From the NCBI RefSeq assembly GCF_000372725.1, contig NW_005201349.1, forward strand, positions 35,268 to 99,267: a stretch of DNA of 64,000 bases, in the 5' to 3' direction. The translations under genes were made by a program, and so were the position numbers. Source of the DNA: Emiliania huxleyi CCMP1516. Lineage: Eukaryota. Below, in pieces: positions 12,023-24,470 of this stretch. Position 1 is the stretch's first letter; every line of letters starts with the position of its first letter. The notes under the pieces were generated by a model. It had not been told where the DNA came from. It saw only the letters and a program-made list of their open reading frames with translations, and ran no database searches.

Positions 12023-14417
12023 CCTCTGCTGCGCACTCTGCCTCGTCCTCTACCAGCGGGGCAGCCGGCTGCGCGACCAGCGGTCGCGGCGGCGCGAGAG
12101 GACAGCGGTGGACATCGCCGCTGCCTTCATCGCCGGCTCGCGCCGCTCTCGTTCGTTTCCTCCTTCCAGCGGCGCCGTGACCCCAGCGCGGGCGACGGAT
12201 AAGCGGCAGAGGGAGGGGGCGAGCGAGGGGCAACCGGTTGGGGGGAGGGAGTGGACGGCACCGCCCTCCACCTCGGCCTCGCCCTCGCCGCCGCGCCCGC
12301 TGCAGCCCCTCCAAGATCTCCGGCTGGACGACAGCTGGTCGTCGGACTCGGGCGGCGGCGCGCTCGAGCGGACTTCCGCGGCGGGCGATCTGCAGGTCGC
12401 CGTCGGGTCGCCGGCCGCTCGTCGGGGCATCTTTCGGCCGCCGCCGCCCGGCACTCCAGGCAGGTACCCGCCGCCGCCCACCCCCGGCAGCCCCTCCGAC
12501 GGCTGCGGCACCCCTCGCGGGCAGCTGGCCGAGTCGTCCGACGGCTCCGGCACGGTTCGTCGGAGGAGCAAGCACGCCTTCGGAGCCGCGCCGCCCTCCT
12601 CGCCGAGCGACTCGCCGCCTCCGCCACCGGCGCCGGCGCCGTCGCCGCAACAGTCTCCTCGCCGGTACTCGCCGGCGAACGTCCCCCGCCCGCGCACCCC
12701 GGGGGTCCTCCAGCCGACCACCGCCTCGCTGGCGACCCTGGCGAGGCTGAGCGAGGCTGGGTCCGAGGACGGGGCCTATGACCGGAGGAGCAGGCCCTCG
12801 TTCCAGTACAGGTCCTCGCCGCCCTCCGCCCCGCTGCACACACAACCCCTCTCCTGCCCCCCCCCCCCCCCNNNNNNNNNNNNNNNNNNNNNNNNNNNNN
12901 NNNNNNNNNNNNNNNNNNNNNNNNNNNNNNNNNNNNNNNNNNNNNNNNNNNNNNNNNNNNNNNNNNNNNNNNNNNNNNNNNNNNNNNNNNNNNNNNNNNN
13001 NNNNNNNNNNNNNNNNNNNNNNNNNNNNNNNNNNNNNNNNNNNNNNNNNNNNNNNNNNNNNNNNNNNNNNNNNNNNNNNNNNNNNNNCCTCCCCACACCT
13101 CCGCACACCTCCCCACACCTCCCCACACCTCCAGGCGAACACGCCGCGCGGCACGCCCGCCTCGTGGACGACGCCGTACCTCAGCGTGGCCACCGAGGTG
13201 GCGCGCGGGATGGCGTACCTTCACAGCCACCGCGTGATCCACCGCGACCTCAAGCCGGGCAACGTGCTGCTCAAACTGCCGATGATGACTGCCAAGGTGG
13301 CAGACTTTGGCGCGTCGCGCGAGAACATGCAGCCCGCCCCCTCCGCCGGCTTGCACGCGGGCGCCTTCTCGCTCGAGCGAGCGAGCGCGGCGATGACCAT
13401 GTCGATGGCCGGCACGCCAGTCTACATGGCGCCCGAGGTGCTCCGGCAGGACCGGTACGGCAAGCCGTGCGACGTCTGGTCCTTTGGCGGGCTGCTCGTC
13501 CACATCGCGACCCGCCGGCCGCCCTTCGCCGCGCTGCTCGAGTCCGGCCACCTCTCGCCGCTCGACCTTCTCAACAAGGTGACCAAGGGCGAGATGCGGC
13601 CGACCTCGAACCCCGGGGGGCAGCCCGGCGCGCTTTGCTTCGCGCCGGCAGAGTGGCCGCAGGCCGTCGCGCAGCTCGCCGAGGCGTGCTTCGCCTTCGA
13701 CCCGCTCGAGCGGCCCACGTTCGAGGAGGCGGCGGACGTGCTCCTCCAGGCGTGGCCCTCCCCCCACACACTCACACGCACACGCACCACCCACGCGTTA
13801 CCGGGCCTAGCACGTTGAATGCCGTGGGGCTCACGCCTCTCCTAGACGTGGAGCCGCGAGGGTTGGCCTGGCCATTGCCCCGCCACCTTGTGTGTGGCGA
13901 GACGTTCACCTTACCCTACCTTACCTTGCCTCACCTCCAGGCGAGGCTCGAGGCGTCCATCCAGGGCCAGGTCGACCTGAGCCGGAGCCTCCGCGCGATG
14001 ATCTCGCCCGCCGGCACGCCAAGGAGTCCAAGGAGCCCAAGGTGTTCTCCGCCTGCTCCGCCCGCTCCGCCTTCTCCGAGCCCGTATGAGGCGAAGCCGG
14101 CAAAGGCGGCGGCGGAGAAGGCGGCGGCGCAGGCGGAGGAGGAGGCGAAGGAGGCGGCGCAGGCGGAGGAGGAGGCGACGCCGGTCGGTGCCCGCAAAGC
14201 CGTCAAGCCGGTGGGTGAGCGGTTACATCGCGGCGCGGATGCTGCGGACGAGGGCGTTGTGATCGAGGCTCGCGAGCTGAACCGGAGCCTGCCTCCCCCG
14301 CCCCCGGCGCAGCCCGTGGCTGCGGTTGCTGCTAGCGCGGCCAGAGACAGCAGCGCGAATGGCGGATCCACGTGCGAGAGTGCGTCAAGCGCGAGTGGAC
14401 GGACTCTGGGTTGCTAG
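12023..14417 (+). CDS. Second, 5'-truncated copy of the receptor-like TKL kinase (begins inside the TM helix; gap at 12872-13087)
   Basis: Near-identical to about 1040-1875 and about 3680-5002, with few substitutions (e.g. GLLAG/GLHAG, REAV/RKAV). Confidence 0.8.
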
Positions 14418-14956
14418 GGCGGCCCTCGCGCCCTTTCAGAATATGTGCATGTGAGACTCTCGGTCAAGCGTGTGTGTGTGTGTGTGTGTCGTCTGTGTGA
14501 GCACAATTCAGAATTCTGTGCGTTGCGCGTGGGTGTGAGGGAGTGAGTATTCTTGATACGAAACCACGACGACACACACCAGTCGAGACTCGCATCTCGG
14601 TTGCCTCCAGGAAACAACACTCAACAGTCAACACACACACACACGCTTTAGGTTAGGTTAGGTAGGAAGGTGAAGAACGTGCGCTTGGGCCTCACCTGAT
14701 CATGCTGAACAAGCTCCTCTTGTAGCTCGATCGGTCACACCGTCTTCGCCGCCGACGTCTCCCAGTGAGATGATGGAGAGGGGGGACGACACTGTACTCG
14801 ATCTACCCTCTGGGGTCCCTCAGCAGCGTGCACCTCGATCCTGTACCGTGTTTGTTAGGAACCCCCCCAATGAACACACCAGTGAGGGAGGGCGAGACGA
14901 TCGAGGGGTCCCGTACCATGCGGAATCGACCCTATCCAGTGCTCACCAGTGCTCAA

Positions 14957-15048
14957 GGTGAAGAACAGCCAGGCTCGGACTGGATGGACACCAACGCGGT
15001 ATGGGTGGACGCTGGACAGATGATGACGACACGCACGAGCGACACACA
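14957..15048 (-). repeat. Dispersed retroposon-like 3'-end family (gtccacccataccgcgttggtgtccagtccgagcc); related copies about 21741-21820, about 22170-22410, about 25025-25240 (-), about 33440-33475
   Basis: Shared core sequence; the copy at 21741 ends in ttcttcacct plus a (CTAC)n tail, and a similar tail is on the minus strand at about 14648-14678. Confidence 0.75.
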
Positions 15049-15782
15049 ATTTAGACGTATTTTTCTTTTTCTTGCGACGCCCTATTAGCGAGCTCCTTCA
15101 CTCAACACTCAAGAGCCGCCCTCCAAGGAGTTCGTCAACCTTTCGCTGAACATCGCCCGTCTGCAGCCCAGCGGCGATGGTTCTCCTCCACCAGCAATGG
15201 GAAGCGTCTATGTACGCGTCGGGTCGGCGCAGCAATGGCGAGATTGACACGGAACGCATGAACGCTCTGATCGCCGACTTGATGCGCGAGCGCTGGGGTG
15301 ACTGGTTTCATCGTGTACACAGAGAGTATCTGCAGCCTATGATGTACCTTTCATGGGATCTCGTTTTCGTTCTACCTCCGAACTGCCTGCTTCTTCTCGT
15401 ACTCCTGTGCTCAGCTTCCGCTCTTGCATGAGATTGGTACGTGGAGTGTCACGCCGCTGCGGCCCGGTGTAGGGAGGGCCGCTCGCGCATGTCAGCATGT
15501 CCATTAGAAGTACCTGCCCACCAGCTCTTACTGTGCATTAAATAAACTCTGTTGCCTCTCCACACCCCGAGCGTCGAGTCCCCTTGATTTTGATGTACGC
15601 CCTGCATACTCCCCGAGCCGCCGCCATCGGCATCGCAAAGTCTTACCGCCCCACACGCGTCACGCCGCTGCCAGTGCGCAGTGGCAGTGCGCAGTGGCAG
15701 TCAATGCCCACACCAACGCATCCCGTGTGCCAGTTTATTCGTGACTCCCAAAACACGTGGATGCGACGCAGGAATGCAGTTT

Positions 15783-15979
15783 TGCGACGGTGTATCATTC
15801 ACTTTATGCCACCGTTGCATATCCGGATATGCAACGNNNNNNNNNNNNNNNNNNNNNNNNNNNNNNNNNNNNNNNNNNNNNNNNNNNNNNNNNNNNNNNN
15901 NNNNNNNNNNNNNNNNNNNNNNNNNNNNNNNNNNNNCGGTCAGGCGCGGGTGGCATAAAGTGAATGATACACCGTCGCA
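15783..15979. repeat. 31-bp perfect inverted repeat around a 24-bp palindrome and an N gap
   Basis: 15783-15813 is the reverse complement of 15949-15979; 15813-15836 (cgttgcatatccggatatgcaacg) is self-complementary. Confidence 0.9.
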
Positions 15980-16181
15980 GTGGACGGTCCATCGGCATAC
16001 TGCATACTCCGACGGTCCGAGCCGCGAGAGGAGGGCACTCGGGACGCTCCACGAGCCGTGCGGCGGCGTGCTCCTCCGCCACGCGCAGCGCGTCGTCGCT
16101 CGAGCCCCCCCCCCCCCCCCAGATCGCTCCTGCTGGCGTCATTGGTTGTTGATTGCTTCGAAGCGTGTTCTACTACACCAC

Positions 16182-16375
16182 ATGAGCTTGCCTGCGGCGA
16201 GGGCGGTCGAGTGCACGGAGCTAAGTGCCTCGCCGTCCTCGCAGGAGTCGCTTAGGCGGCTCCCGTAGTGTGCCTGTGTTAGTGCCAGTGCGCGCCAGTG
16301 TACCTGTGTTAGTGCCAGTGCGCGCCAGTCCCGTGCCCAGTGTCGTGCGAGGGAGTTTTGTTGTAAAATTTTACT
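16182..16375 (+). mobile_element. 3' end of the CRE-like non-LTR retroelement (same family as 58535-58960), with an internal 30-bp tandem duplication
   Basis: Reverse complement of about 58540-58703; ends in gagggagttttgttgtaaaatt; another short end at about 62650-62680 (-). Confidence 0.75.
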
Positions 16376-16446
16376 ACACCACTAGCGGCCAGCAGGTGGA
16401 CGAGCGCTCGCTGCGGATCAAAAGATTAGGGATTTGTTCGCAATGT

Positions 16447-16616
16447 CGTGCACGGGTATGACGGCGGCCGCATCGCGTGCGGCACGCTCGGGAGCTGCGA
16501 CCCCTGCGGGCCGCCTCCACCGCCGGCAAACGTGTGCAAGCCGTGGTGCAAGAACAACCCGAAAGCACTGCGCCAAAACCCAGCTTTGCGGCGGCTGCTA
16601 CTTTTGCTACCACTAG
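16447..16616 (+). pseudogene. Frameshifted fragment copied from the 3' end of the SOD-like gene (52076-52245)
   Basis: VHGYDGGRIACGTLGSCDPCGPPPPPANVCKPWCKNNP... and the final tgctaccactag match the SOD-like gene end, with indels. Confidence 0.85.
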
Positions 16617-17510
16617 TTGCCTCTGCTCTCGCCATACGGGGTGTGGAGGGTGAGTTGACCAGAGGTTGTGCGCTGGGCCCTCCTGCTCGGCTCCAGCGAG
16701 TAGACAAGTGTTGTCATCAACAGAGTAGATGGACCTGACCTCGGGGCCGATGTGACCAAGCGCTGGTAGCGTGGTTTTACCTCACACCCATGGTCTCACA
16801 GTGTGCCGGCAGTCGCCGAGCAGTGTCGCTCACACAAGCCGCAGCACAAGTGACTGAGGGCCAGTGAGGGCGAGCCCATCGCTGTCACAGCTGTGGCAGC
16901 CGCACAGTAGGCTGTGCCAACTGTGCAGAGCGTGTGAGCAGCAGAGGAGCTGCTCTCCAGGCTTCAGGCGCAAAGAGCTGCATGCCACCGAAGGCGCTGT
17001 CGAGGTTCGCCGAGCGTGGCGCAGGTTGGAGGACACCGTCACCGACGAGCGCGTTGGAGTATTCACTCCGGACAAAGACCGCTGCCACCGCCAGGCTCCC
17101 CTGGCGTTGAGCGACTGGGCGTGCCGTGAGGGCTAGGGCGGGCCAGTACCGGGTGCTCCAGCTCGGTGCTGTTCACAGCCTGGGTGGGGCCAGTCTCTCC
17201 GCGCGACGGTGGAAGAGTGATTGGCGGGCGCGGGCTCGGCTGCGTCGGCGGGGGATGCTGCGGCGGGTTCGGGGAAGGGGTGATGCTCATCCCCTCCATC
17301 CTTCCCTCGTTCTCTCCCATCCTCTAGTACTCCCATCCACCCGAGGAAATTGTCAGCCACCTGTTTCGGAGACACCTGCATCTGCTCTGTGGAGGCCGGA
17401 GTTAGAGTGGGCCCTCTTTCCATGTCCCAACCCCACTCCCTCCGGGAGCATTTCCCCTCCTCTCCCCCCGGCCAATTGCGATCTGCTACCGCCAGATATC
17501 CCAAGTCTGG

Positions 17511-18227
17511 GTGGTCCACGTTCCGGTTAAACTCGATGAAACGGCGGACGATTCAATCAAAGAGGATCCCAAAGAGGCCTTTCCGATCCCGTCCTTTTCG
17601 CCGATTCCTTCCAACAGCGCGCTCGTGTATGGCCAGGACAACGTAGAGCCGATGCTGGCGCCCGAAACCGAGCTGAACCTCATCTTTGACTGTTTGGTTC
17701 CATCGTCGTCGCCCGCCAGCAGCGCCTCGCCATCTCCGCCCGCCTGGCAGTCGTGCCCCACTGTCGCGATGCAGCCTGGCTGCTTCGCGGCGGATCCCCC
17801 CAAATGCACGAACCCGCCTGCGAGCCTGATTGGCAACAAGCGCTGCATTTGGACGGCGGAGGAGGATGCGTTCATTGACCGCGCCGTGCGCTTTCGCGGC
17901 CTGCGTTGGAAGGCGATCGCCGAGATGCTTCCTGGCCGCTCCGAGACTGGGTGCCGCAAGCGATGGATGAGATGTCAGCAGCGCAGGCTCGCAGCGAGAG
18001 GCATCAAGGTGAGCCGCATGTCGGATGTTGTGGCGAACGTACACAACGTTGGCGCCATGAGGACGCGGAAGCCACCGTCCTCGCAGCCACCACCAGAGGT
18101 GGAGCTGTGGAGCGGCTCTGGCCGGGAGCAGAGCGGGCTAGAGCTGGCCTGGGCGCATGCCCCTTCTGCGTGTGCGCGGCCCCGGCCCCTGGCTCCTGTG
18201 CCCAACGCACTGCCTGTGGCACACTAA
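17511..18227 (+). CDS. Myb/SANT-domain protein (single repeat); true start uncertain
   Basis: WTAEEDAFIDRAVRFRGLRWKAIAEMLPGRSETGCRKRW shows the three-Trp Myb signature. Confidence 0.85.
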   Translation: MVHVPVKLDETADDSIKEDPKEAFPIPSFSPIPSNSALVYGQDNVEPMLAPETELNLIFDCLVPSSSPASSASPSPPAWQSCPTVAMQPGCFAADPPKCTNPPASLIGNKRCIWTAEEDAFIDRAVRFRGLRWKAIAEMLPGRSETGCRKRWMRCQQRRLAARGIKVSRMSDVVANVHNVGAMRTRKPPSSQPPPEVELWSGSGREQSGLELAWAHAPSACARPRPLAPVPNALPVAH

Positions 18228-18910
18228 GCGAGCCAGTGCCGCAGCGACGCAAGCTTCGGTCTGTTCTTTCGCGGCCCTGATAGGCCGACTGCGGCCTCGA
18301 CTCGGCCCACGATGCGGGCCCGTGGTGGCTGGCCCCTCCGACCCCGCGTCGGCCCTAGGCAGCAGGGAGGGCCTCTCTTCGCCTCTAGTCTCGAGCCTTG
18401 CGCTTTACTTACTACCTCCGGGTGGGGTGGCCTCTTGCTTGGCCATTGTGTCATTTGCTGCCCCGCGTGCGCCCCGGCGTGGAGTGTGCCAGTCTGTCCC
18501 GCCCGATGTGCTGCGCGTGCTCCCGCCCGATGTGTATCGCAATGTATATTTCACAACCAGCGAGGCGGGTGGCGGGGTGGCACGTTCTGCAACTGCATGC
18601 CCTGCGGCCTGTGGGGAACTGGTGGGTGGTGGGTGTCTGGTGTGCGTGCGGGGAAGAGGGAGGGGCTCTAGAGAGAGCAAAATGGTTCGCGTCCCCTTGG
18701 CTTGCCCTAAGCTCGTGTCGCGCTGAGCGGCGGCCAGCGGCGACTGCTCTGGCCCGAGCGAGAATATCGTCGCCCGGCTTTGAAACCCGTGTGTAACAGT
18801 CGTGGAAGGGGGGCGGGTGGGTGCCCACCCCGGTCGTCCATTCGGGGCGCGTTGCAACGCTCACACGCAAACACCCCTCACCAAGACGCCAACCCTCCAC
18901 CGGGGCAACA

Positions 18911-20404
18911 ATGCTCGACCTCCAGCACAGAATCGCGCTCCAAAACTCGCACAAGCAGGCCGAGGCGGTCGGCGGCGCCGACGTGCTGCAACTGCCCTCT
19001 CCGACCGACACCGCTGCAGAGGAATGGGCTTCGCAGAGCAGGCGGGTGCAGCGGGTGCGGCCGCCATCGCCGGGCGACCGTCGGGAGCTGGAGGCGGCGA
19101 TGGCGGCGGAGGAGGCAGAGCTCGACCGCCAGCTCGAGCTCGAGCGCCGCCTCGCCGCCGCCAACAACACCCAGCCACAGGCGCGACCGCGTCCGGCGGC
19201 GAGCTCTCCCACCAGAAGCGTCGCTCTCCCCTCCCCGCAGAGCAGCGGAGGCCGCGCTTCCGGTAGGGCAGCGGGAGACACGGCTGGCGGCTCCCCCGCA
19301 GCGCGGCGCGCCCCTTCCACCGCGGCCTCCTCAGCCCGCGGCGGCGGCGGCAGCGGCCGCTCTTGTGCAGGCGGCAGGGGCTACTTGCCATCGCGCGGGC
19401 ATCCGTCTGAGGCGGCGAGTGGGGAGAGGCGGTCGGGCGCGGAGCCGCGTAACTACGCGCGCGAGGAGCGGGAACGGCTCCGTAGCATGCGCGCCGCGAG
19501 GGCCGAGGCGGAGGTTCCCACCCTAGATGCTCGGGCCCGCCAAAACATACTCACACCCAGCGCCTGCAGGCTAGACACCCCGTTGCCAGCCTAGGCGGCG
19601 GCCGCCGAGGACGAGGCGCGCCGCCGAAGCAGCGCCGAGGGCTTGCGGCGCCGCTCCGTCTCCGAGGCGCGAGACATGCCGAGTCGCGGCGATGATCGGC
19701 CGCACTTCCTACAGCGAGCTACTCGTAAACGCAGGCGCGAGTGAAGCTCGCCGACCTCGGCATCGACGAGGAGCAGAGCTGCGGCTCACCGCACCGGCGC
19801 ACAGTCCGCAGGCCCGCGGCACTCATGGCGCAGGAGACGGCCGAGGCGCGGGCAGCAGCCGCCGTGCCCGCCGCGCACAAGCAGGGCGCCGCCGTGCCCT
19901 AGATGCTTTCCCTGTGAAACCGCCGCCCCAACTCTCTGCATGGCCGTGTCGAGAGCGGGTAATACGCAGCGCATTCACTCCCTCCCCGTCTATCAAAGGC
20001 GCCGTACCTGCTTACCTTCGTCGGCGTCAGCAAGAGTGGGCCGAGGACGCAGCGGCGACGGCGGAGCGAGAGGCGAGAGCGGCCGAGTGCCCTGAAGGGC
20101 TTCGCATTGTCGGCGAGGAGGAGAAGGCGTCGATCTTGCGCACGCTGGCACAAGAGCGGGGCAAGGCCGACGAGGAGTTGCGCAGTCTGCCGTTTGTCGT
20201 CAAGACACAGCGAACACAGCAGGCAAGAGTTTTGGACAACCGGAGAGACACTTTCAGATATCACCTGACATCTCGGTCTCGACGTCGGAACCTTGCCATG
20301 CGCCTTTGCAGGCGAAGGACCGGCTCGAGGCGCGCATCACCGAGATCGACGGCGCAATCGAGGCGTACTCCAAGCCCAAGGTGCTCGTCGCGGCAGATGC
20401 ATGA
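18911..20404 (+). CDS. Enkurin-domain-containing protein (ENKD1-like), multi-exon
   Basis: GAVPAYLRRRQQEW...CPEGLRIVGEEEKASILRTL...LPFVVKTQRTQQ, then GC-AG intron 20223-20311, then AKDRLEARITEIDGAIEAYSKPKVLV; middle exons not fully resolved. Confidence 0.8.
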
Positions 20405-20545
20405 GGGTGAAAAACCGAGCTGCACCATCCGGAGACAGGATCAGGAATGATGAAATTGAAAACGGGCCTTTCACCAACAAATGGGCAGCAAAAAAATGGG
20501 CTTTTCACGCGAGTTTGTTTTCTTGATTGTGTTCACGATATTCTA

Positions 20546-21571
20546 TTATATGTTTGTTTTCGTCATCGTTGGACGTTGCCGCGGCGGCGGCCGGAACAAT
20601 TCTGCGGCGGCGGACCCACAGTCGGGCCCGCAGTCGCAGCCACCCCACTCGAAGCCGCAGCGTCCGAAGAGGAGCTGCCACGAGCGCTCAAACGAGCAGC
20701 ACCACAGCTTCTCGAGCGGCGGCTGCGTGACCAGCGCGAGCAAGTCCGGGAGCGCCGAGTGGTTTACCTTACAGAGCCATAGAGCCGCACGTGTGAGAGA
20801 GATGACTTATCGATTCGTGATCATGCACTCGCTAATTAGGGGCAACGGCCTATTGGAGAGGCGTACCGACTCGCGGATCCGCCTCGATGACACGACAAAC
20901 ATGCCGCTGGTCCAAAAGGGCACGGCGCGCGGCATGGTCGATGACTGCCACCGGTTGAGCCACACGTCTTTCTGGGTGAGCAGCCCATAGTCTCGTCGAC
21001 CTAGCGCGGCGAGAGCCGCTCGCTGGTGGCGGATCTTCTCGGCAGAGCCGCCCACGCAGCTCGAGCCCACAGCCGCTCCCCCACCAAACGCTCCGAGCGG
21101 CATGTACTCTGGAGGTCGGCCCGCCTTCGCCTTGGCAATCCTGGCGATGCTGTCGCCGAGGCCTGGCCGATGCTGGTGGTCCTGCACAAAAAAGGTGAGG
21201 CGGTGCAGCGCGCGCCAGAAGAGCAGAATGTGCGTCAGGTAGACCTCGCACTCATAGCGCACGTGGCCACGCGGCATTCCCGTCTCGATCAGAATCCAAT
21301 GCGGATGCCTCGGCACACCCTCGAAGCTCTCGGCATACACGATGACGCGCAGGCCCTTGTCAGCAAGCTCTCGCAGCCAACGCAACTTATTCGAAGGCGC
21401 TTCTGCCCTTTTCCGCATGCGAGCGGCCGTTGAGGCTGTGCGGTAGTTCATCGCAACCACCACCACTGACTCCGATGGACGAGCTGGTGTGTCCGACGGC
21501 CATTCGCGCACGCAGGCGACGCCCAGAGACGCATTTGTCACGGCGAGAGGGCAACGCTCCAGTGGCAGCAT
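20546..21571 (-). CDS. DUF3431-like protein (two exons)
   Basis: ECEVYLTHILLFWRALHRLTFFVQDH, MFVVSSRRIR and a last exon with FERSWQLLFG resemble DUF3431 motifs as recalled. Confidence 0.6.
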
Positions 21572-23003
21572 GCGAATAGCAGCGGTGCTTCTCTCGAGGT
21601 GGATATTCTTTGGGACCGCGTTGGGTAGCGCTCTCCAACCTCGACGAGCCGATGACCCTCGTGGCCTCGGCCTCGGGTGTGTGTAGGATTCCTACCGCCC
21701 CACCGGTAAGGTGTTTGGTCGGGGCCCGGATTTCTTAATACTGTCCAGCGTCCACCCATACCGCGTTGGTGTCCAGTCCGAGCCTGGCTGTTCTTCACCT
21801 TTCTACCTACCTACCTACTCTTAATGTTCGACAAGACCGGGATCGCTCTACCGGCAAACCTCTCGCTGACATGCGCGCCCCGTCGAGCTGACGGCGGGCG
21901 CGCTGAGGTCGCACGCCAAGCCCAGTTATATGCCAATGCGCAATGGCATGCGATCAAGAATCGGCTCACGCGCCTCTACTCGCATACGCTCACCCATAGA
22001 ATTGTCACCGCCAGTGAGTGCGAGATAGGGCTAGCGGCTGGCGGCTAGCCCCTGAGGAGAGTGACCAGAGACACCTCACATGACCCCACACACGGTCTAG
22101 TCCGGCCTCGCGGTCGGCGGAGATTGCTAGAGGACGAGCAAGCCTGCTCTAGCCTCACGCGTTCTCCCCTGTCGTCTGTTGTGTTGTTGTGCCCTTGTTT
22201 GTTCTCTTGGCACCTTGGAGTGGGGGGGGCGACAGGGAGGATGTGGCCCTGAGTTATGTGTACGCCGACTCAGGGTGTGTGGCAGCCAGCTGGCTGTGTG
22301 TCTTGTGAGCTTGTTTGTGTCTGTGTGTCGTTCGTGCGTGTCGTCATCATCTGTCCCGCGTCCACCCATACCGCGTTGGTGTCCAGTCCGAGCCCGACTG
22401 TTGTTCGTGGACGCGAGCAAGAGCAGTACCGCGCTTGGCTGGGCGGGCGAGGTCAGCCTGCTCTTGCTCTTCCCCGGCGTCCGGCACGGGACGTACCAGC
22501 CCCCGGTAGTCCCAATGCCTAGCCTGGCGGGCGTCATCTGCCGGTGACGGCGCCATCTCTTGTAGCAGCTAGTGGATCCGCAGCACTGCGAGACCCACCG
22601 GCTTCTCCTAGATCTGATGAAAGATCTCCAGAGCCCTCCCGTAGAGTCCTAGAGCCTCCCGTAGACCGCCAGAGTAGAGCGTGTGGCTCGTTGGACGCTC
22701 CACGCCTCTTGAGTGTGTCTTTTCATGTCCTCTTGCATACCATGCAACACGTCTGACCGCGGGCCGGCAGCCTGAGACGCGCGCCCCGTCGCTCTCCGCT
22801 CTCCTTCTCCACCCCACCCCCGTTGCCGTTCCGCCTTCGCTCCAGAGCTGAAGGGGCGGCGCGCACCGGCCACCGCTTACACCGCATGCGCACACATACA
22901 GTACACCATCCCATCCCCGAGAGCGCCGTTTATGACACTCATCTCTCGTGAATCCCCCACGTGTGCGGGCGCTGGAGCAAGCAGAGCCAGAGGGCAGAAG
23001 GCC

Positions 23004-24335
23004 TCACCGCACCATGTTCATGAGGTCGGTGATGGAGGGGATCCGTCCGAAGGATGAGTTCCGGACACGCGGAGAAGGGTCCGAGATGGATGCGTGCGGC
23101 GCGTCGGGGGACGTGCGCGTGTCGGGGAAGGGCGGGATCTTGCAGGCCACTGCGCCCTCCACGTCGAACTGCTCAAACGCCTCCCGCGGCCAGTGCGCGT
23201 CGAGCAGCTCCTTGCCGGCGATCGTGGCGATGAGCAGCGCACCGCCGGACATGGTGAAGGCGGAAAGCGGCTCGCCGACGCCGGCGACCATCCAGAGCGG
23301 GCCGAGCGGCACCTCGAGCAGCAGCGCGATGGCGACCTCTGTCGGCGGGACGCGGCCGGAGACGAGGGCGATGGCGATGTGCATTGCGGAGATGCCAAAG
23401 GCGTTGAGGGCGGAGAGGGCGACGAAGGTGCCGCTCGGAGGGACCAGGCCTCGGGCTCCCTCGGTCGCGAGCTTCGCCGCCCCGAGCACGAGCAGGGCGA
23501 GGTAGGCGCCGAGGGCGGGGATGGCGGGGCCGCATGCGCGCGGGTGCGAGTGGGCGAGGCGGCGGGTCGCGACGATGTAGCCGGCCATGAACTGCCCCGT
23601 GCTGATCGGCACAAGCAGCGGCCACTGCTCCAGCCATCCCACCGCACCGGCGGCGCCGTTGGCGTCGCCGCCACCGCCGCCCGCACCAGCCATGCCCACG
23701 CCGGCCGCCGCCTTCTCCCGCCGCGCCGCCGCGAGCCGCGCGTCGAGGGCCTCATACGCGTCGCGCTCCGCTGCGTCGACCCCCAGCGCCGCGGGCGCAA
23801 AGGCAATCACCACCGACGTGAGGGCCAAGGCGAGGGCGCCGAGCGTTCGGCCGCTGACGGGCTCGTCAAACAGGAGCGCGCCCAAGAGTGCCGCCCAGAG
23901 CGGTGCTAGGCTTGTCAGGATCAGGGCCTGCGCCGGGTCACACACCATCAGCGAGGCGCCGAACGTGACGGTCGCCAGCGCCTGCAGAGCGCCGGCCGCC
24001 AGCACCTGCACGGGCGGCGCGGCGGCGAGGCCAGCGAACAGCTTCGCAAACCCGCCGCGGAGCGAGGCGGCGACCGGAGTGAGCATCACGCAGACGAAGA
24101 CGGTGCGCCAGAGGAGGATCGTCAGCATGTCGTCCGCCTCCTCGCGCTGGAGCCGCAGGAGCAAAGCATCGGGCGTGACGCAGGTCACGCCCGCGTACAA
24201 TATCAGGCGCGGCAACGCTCTTGGCAGCACTCGCGCCCTCACCCCGAGGTCCTCGACCTGGACCTTAACCGCCTCCGCGTCCGGTGAGTGGCAGCAGCCG
24301 AGAGCGCGGGTTTGCATCGGGGTCTCCTCCAGCAT
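23004..24335 (-). CDS. EamA/DMT-family membrane transporter
   Basis: About 10 hydrophobic segments; GVTCVTPDALLLRL, ILLWR, LAPLWAALLGALLFDEPVS, LLLEVPLGPLWMVAGVGEP. Confidence 0.85.
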   Translation of the reverse strand: MLEETPMQTRALGCCHSPDAEAVKVQVEDLGVRARVLPRALPRLILYAGVTCVTPDALLLRLQREEADDMLTILLWRTVFVCVMLTPVAASLRGGFAKLFAGLAAAPPVQVLAAGALQALATVTFGASLMVCDPAQALILTSLAPLWAALLGALLFDEPVSGRTLGALALALTSVVIAFAPAALGVDAAERDAYEALDARLAAARREKAAAGVGMAGAGGGGGDANGAAGAVGWLEQWPLLVPISTGQFMAGYIVATRRLAHSHPRACGPAIPALGAYLALLVLGAAKLATEGARGLVPPSGTFVALSALNAFGISAMHIAIALVSGRVPPTEVAIALLLEVPLGPLWMVAGVGEPLSAFTMSGGALLIATIAGKELLDAHWPREAFEQFDVEGAVACKIPPFPDTRTSPDAPHASISDPSPRVRNSSFGRIPSITDLMNMVR

Positions 24336-24470
24336 TGCCCACGCACACTCACGAGCACTGACCTGACGAGCACAGACGAGCACAGAAGACGAGCACAGGA
24401 CCCACGCCACAGCTGCCGTGCATGCACGCCGTCGTGGGACAGGCTGCCCCGAGGACAAATCCTGTCACGT

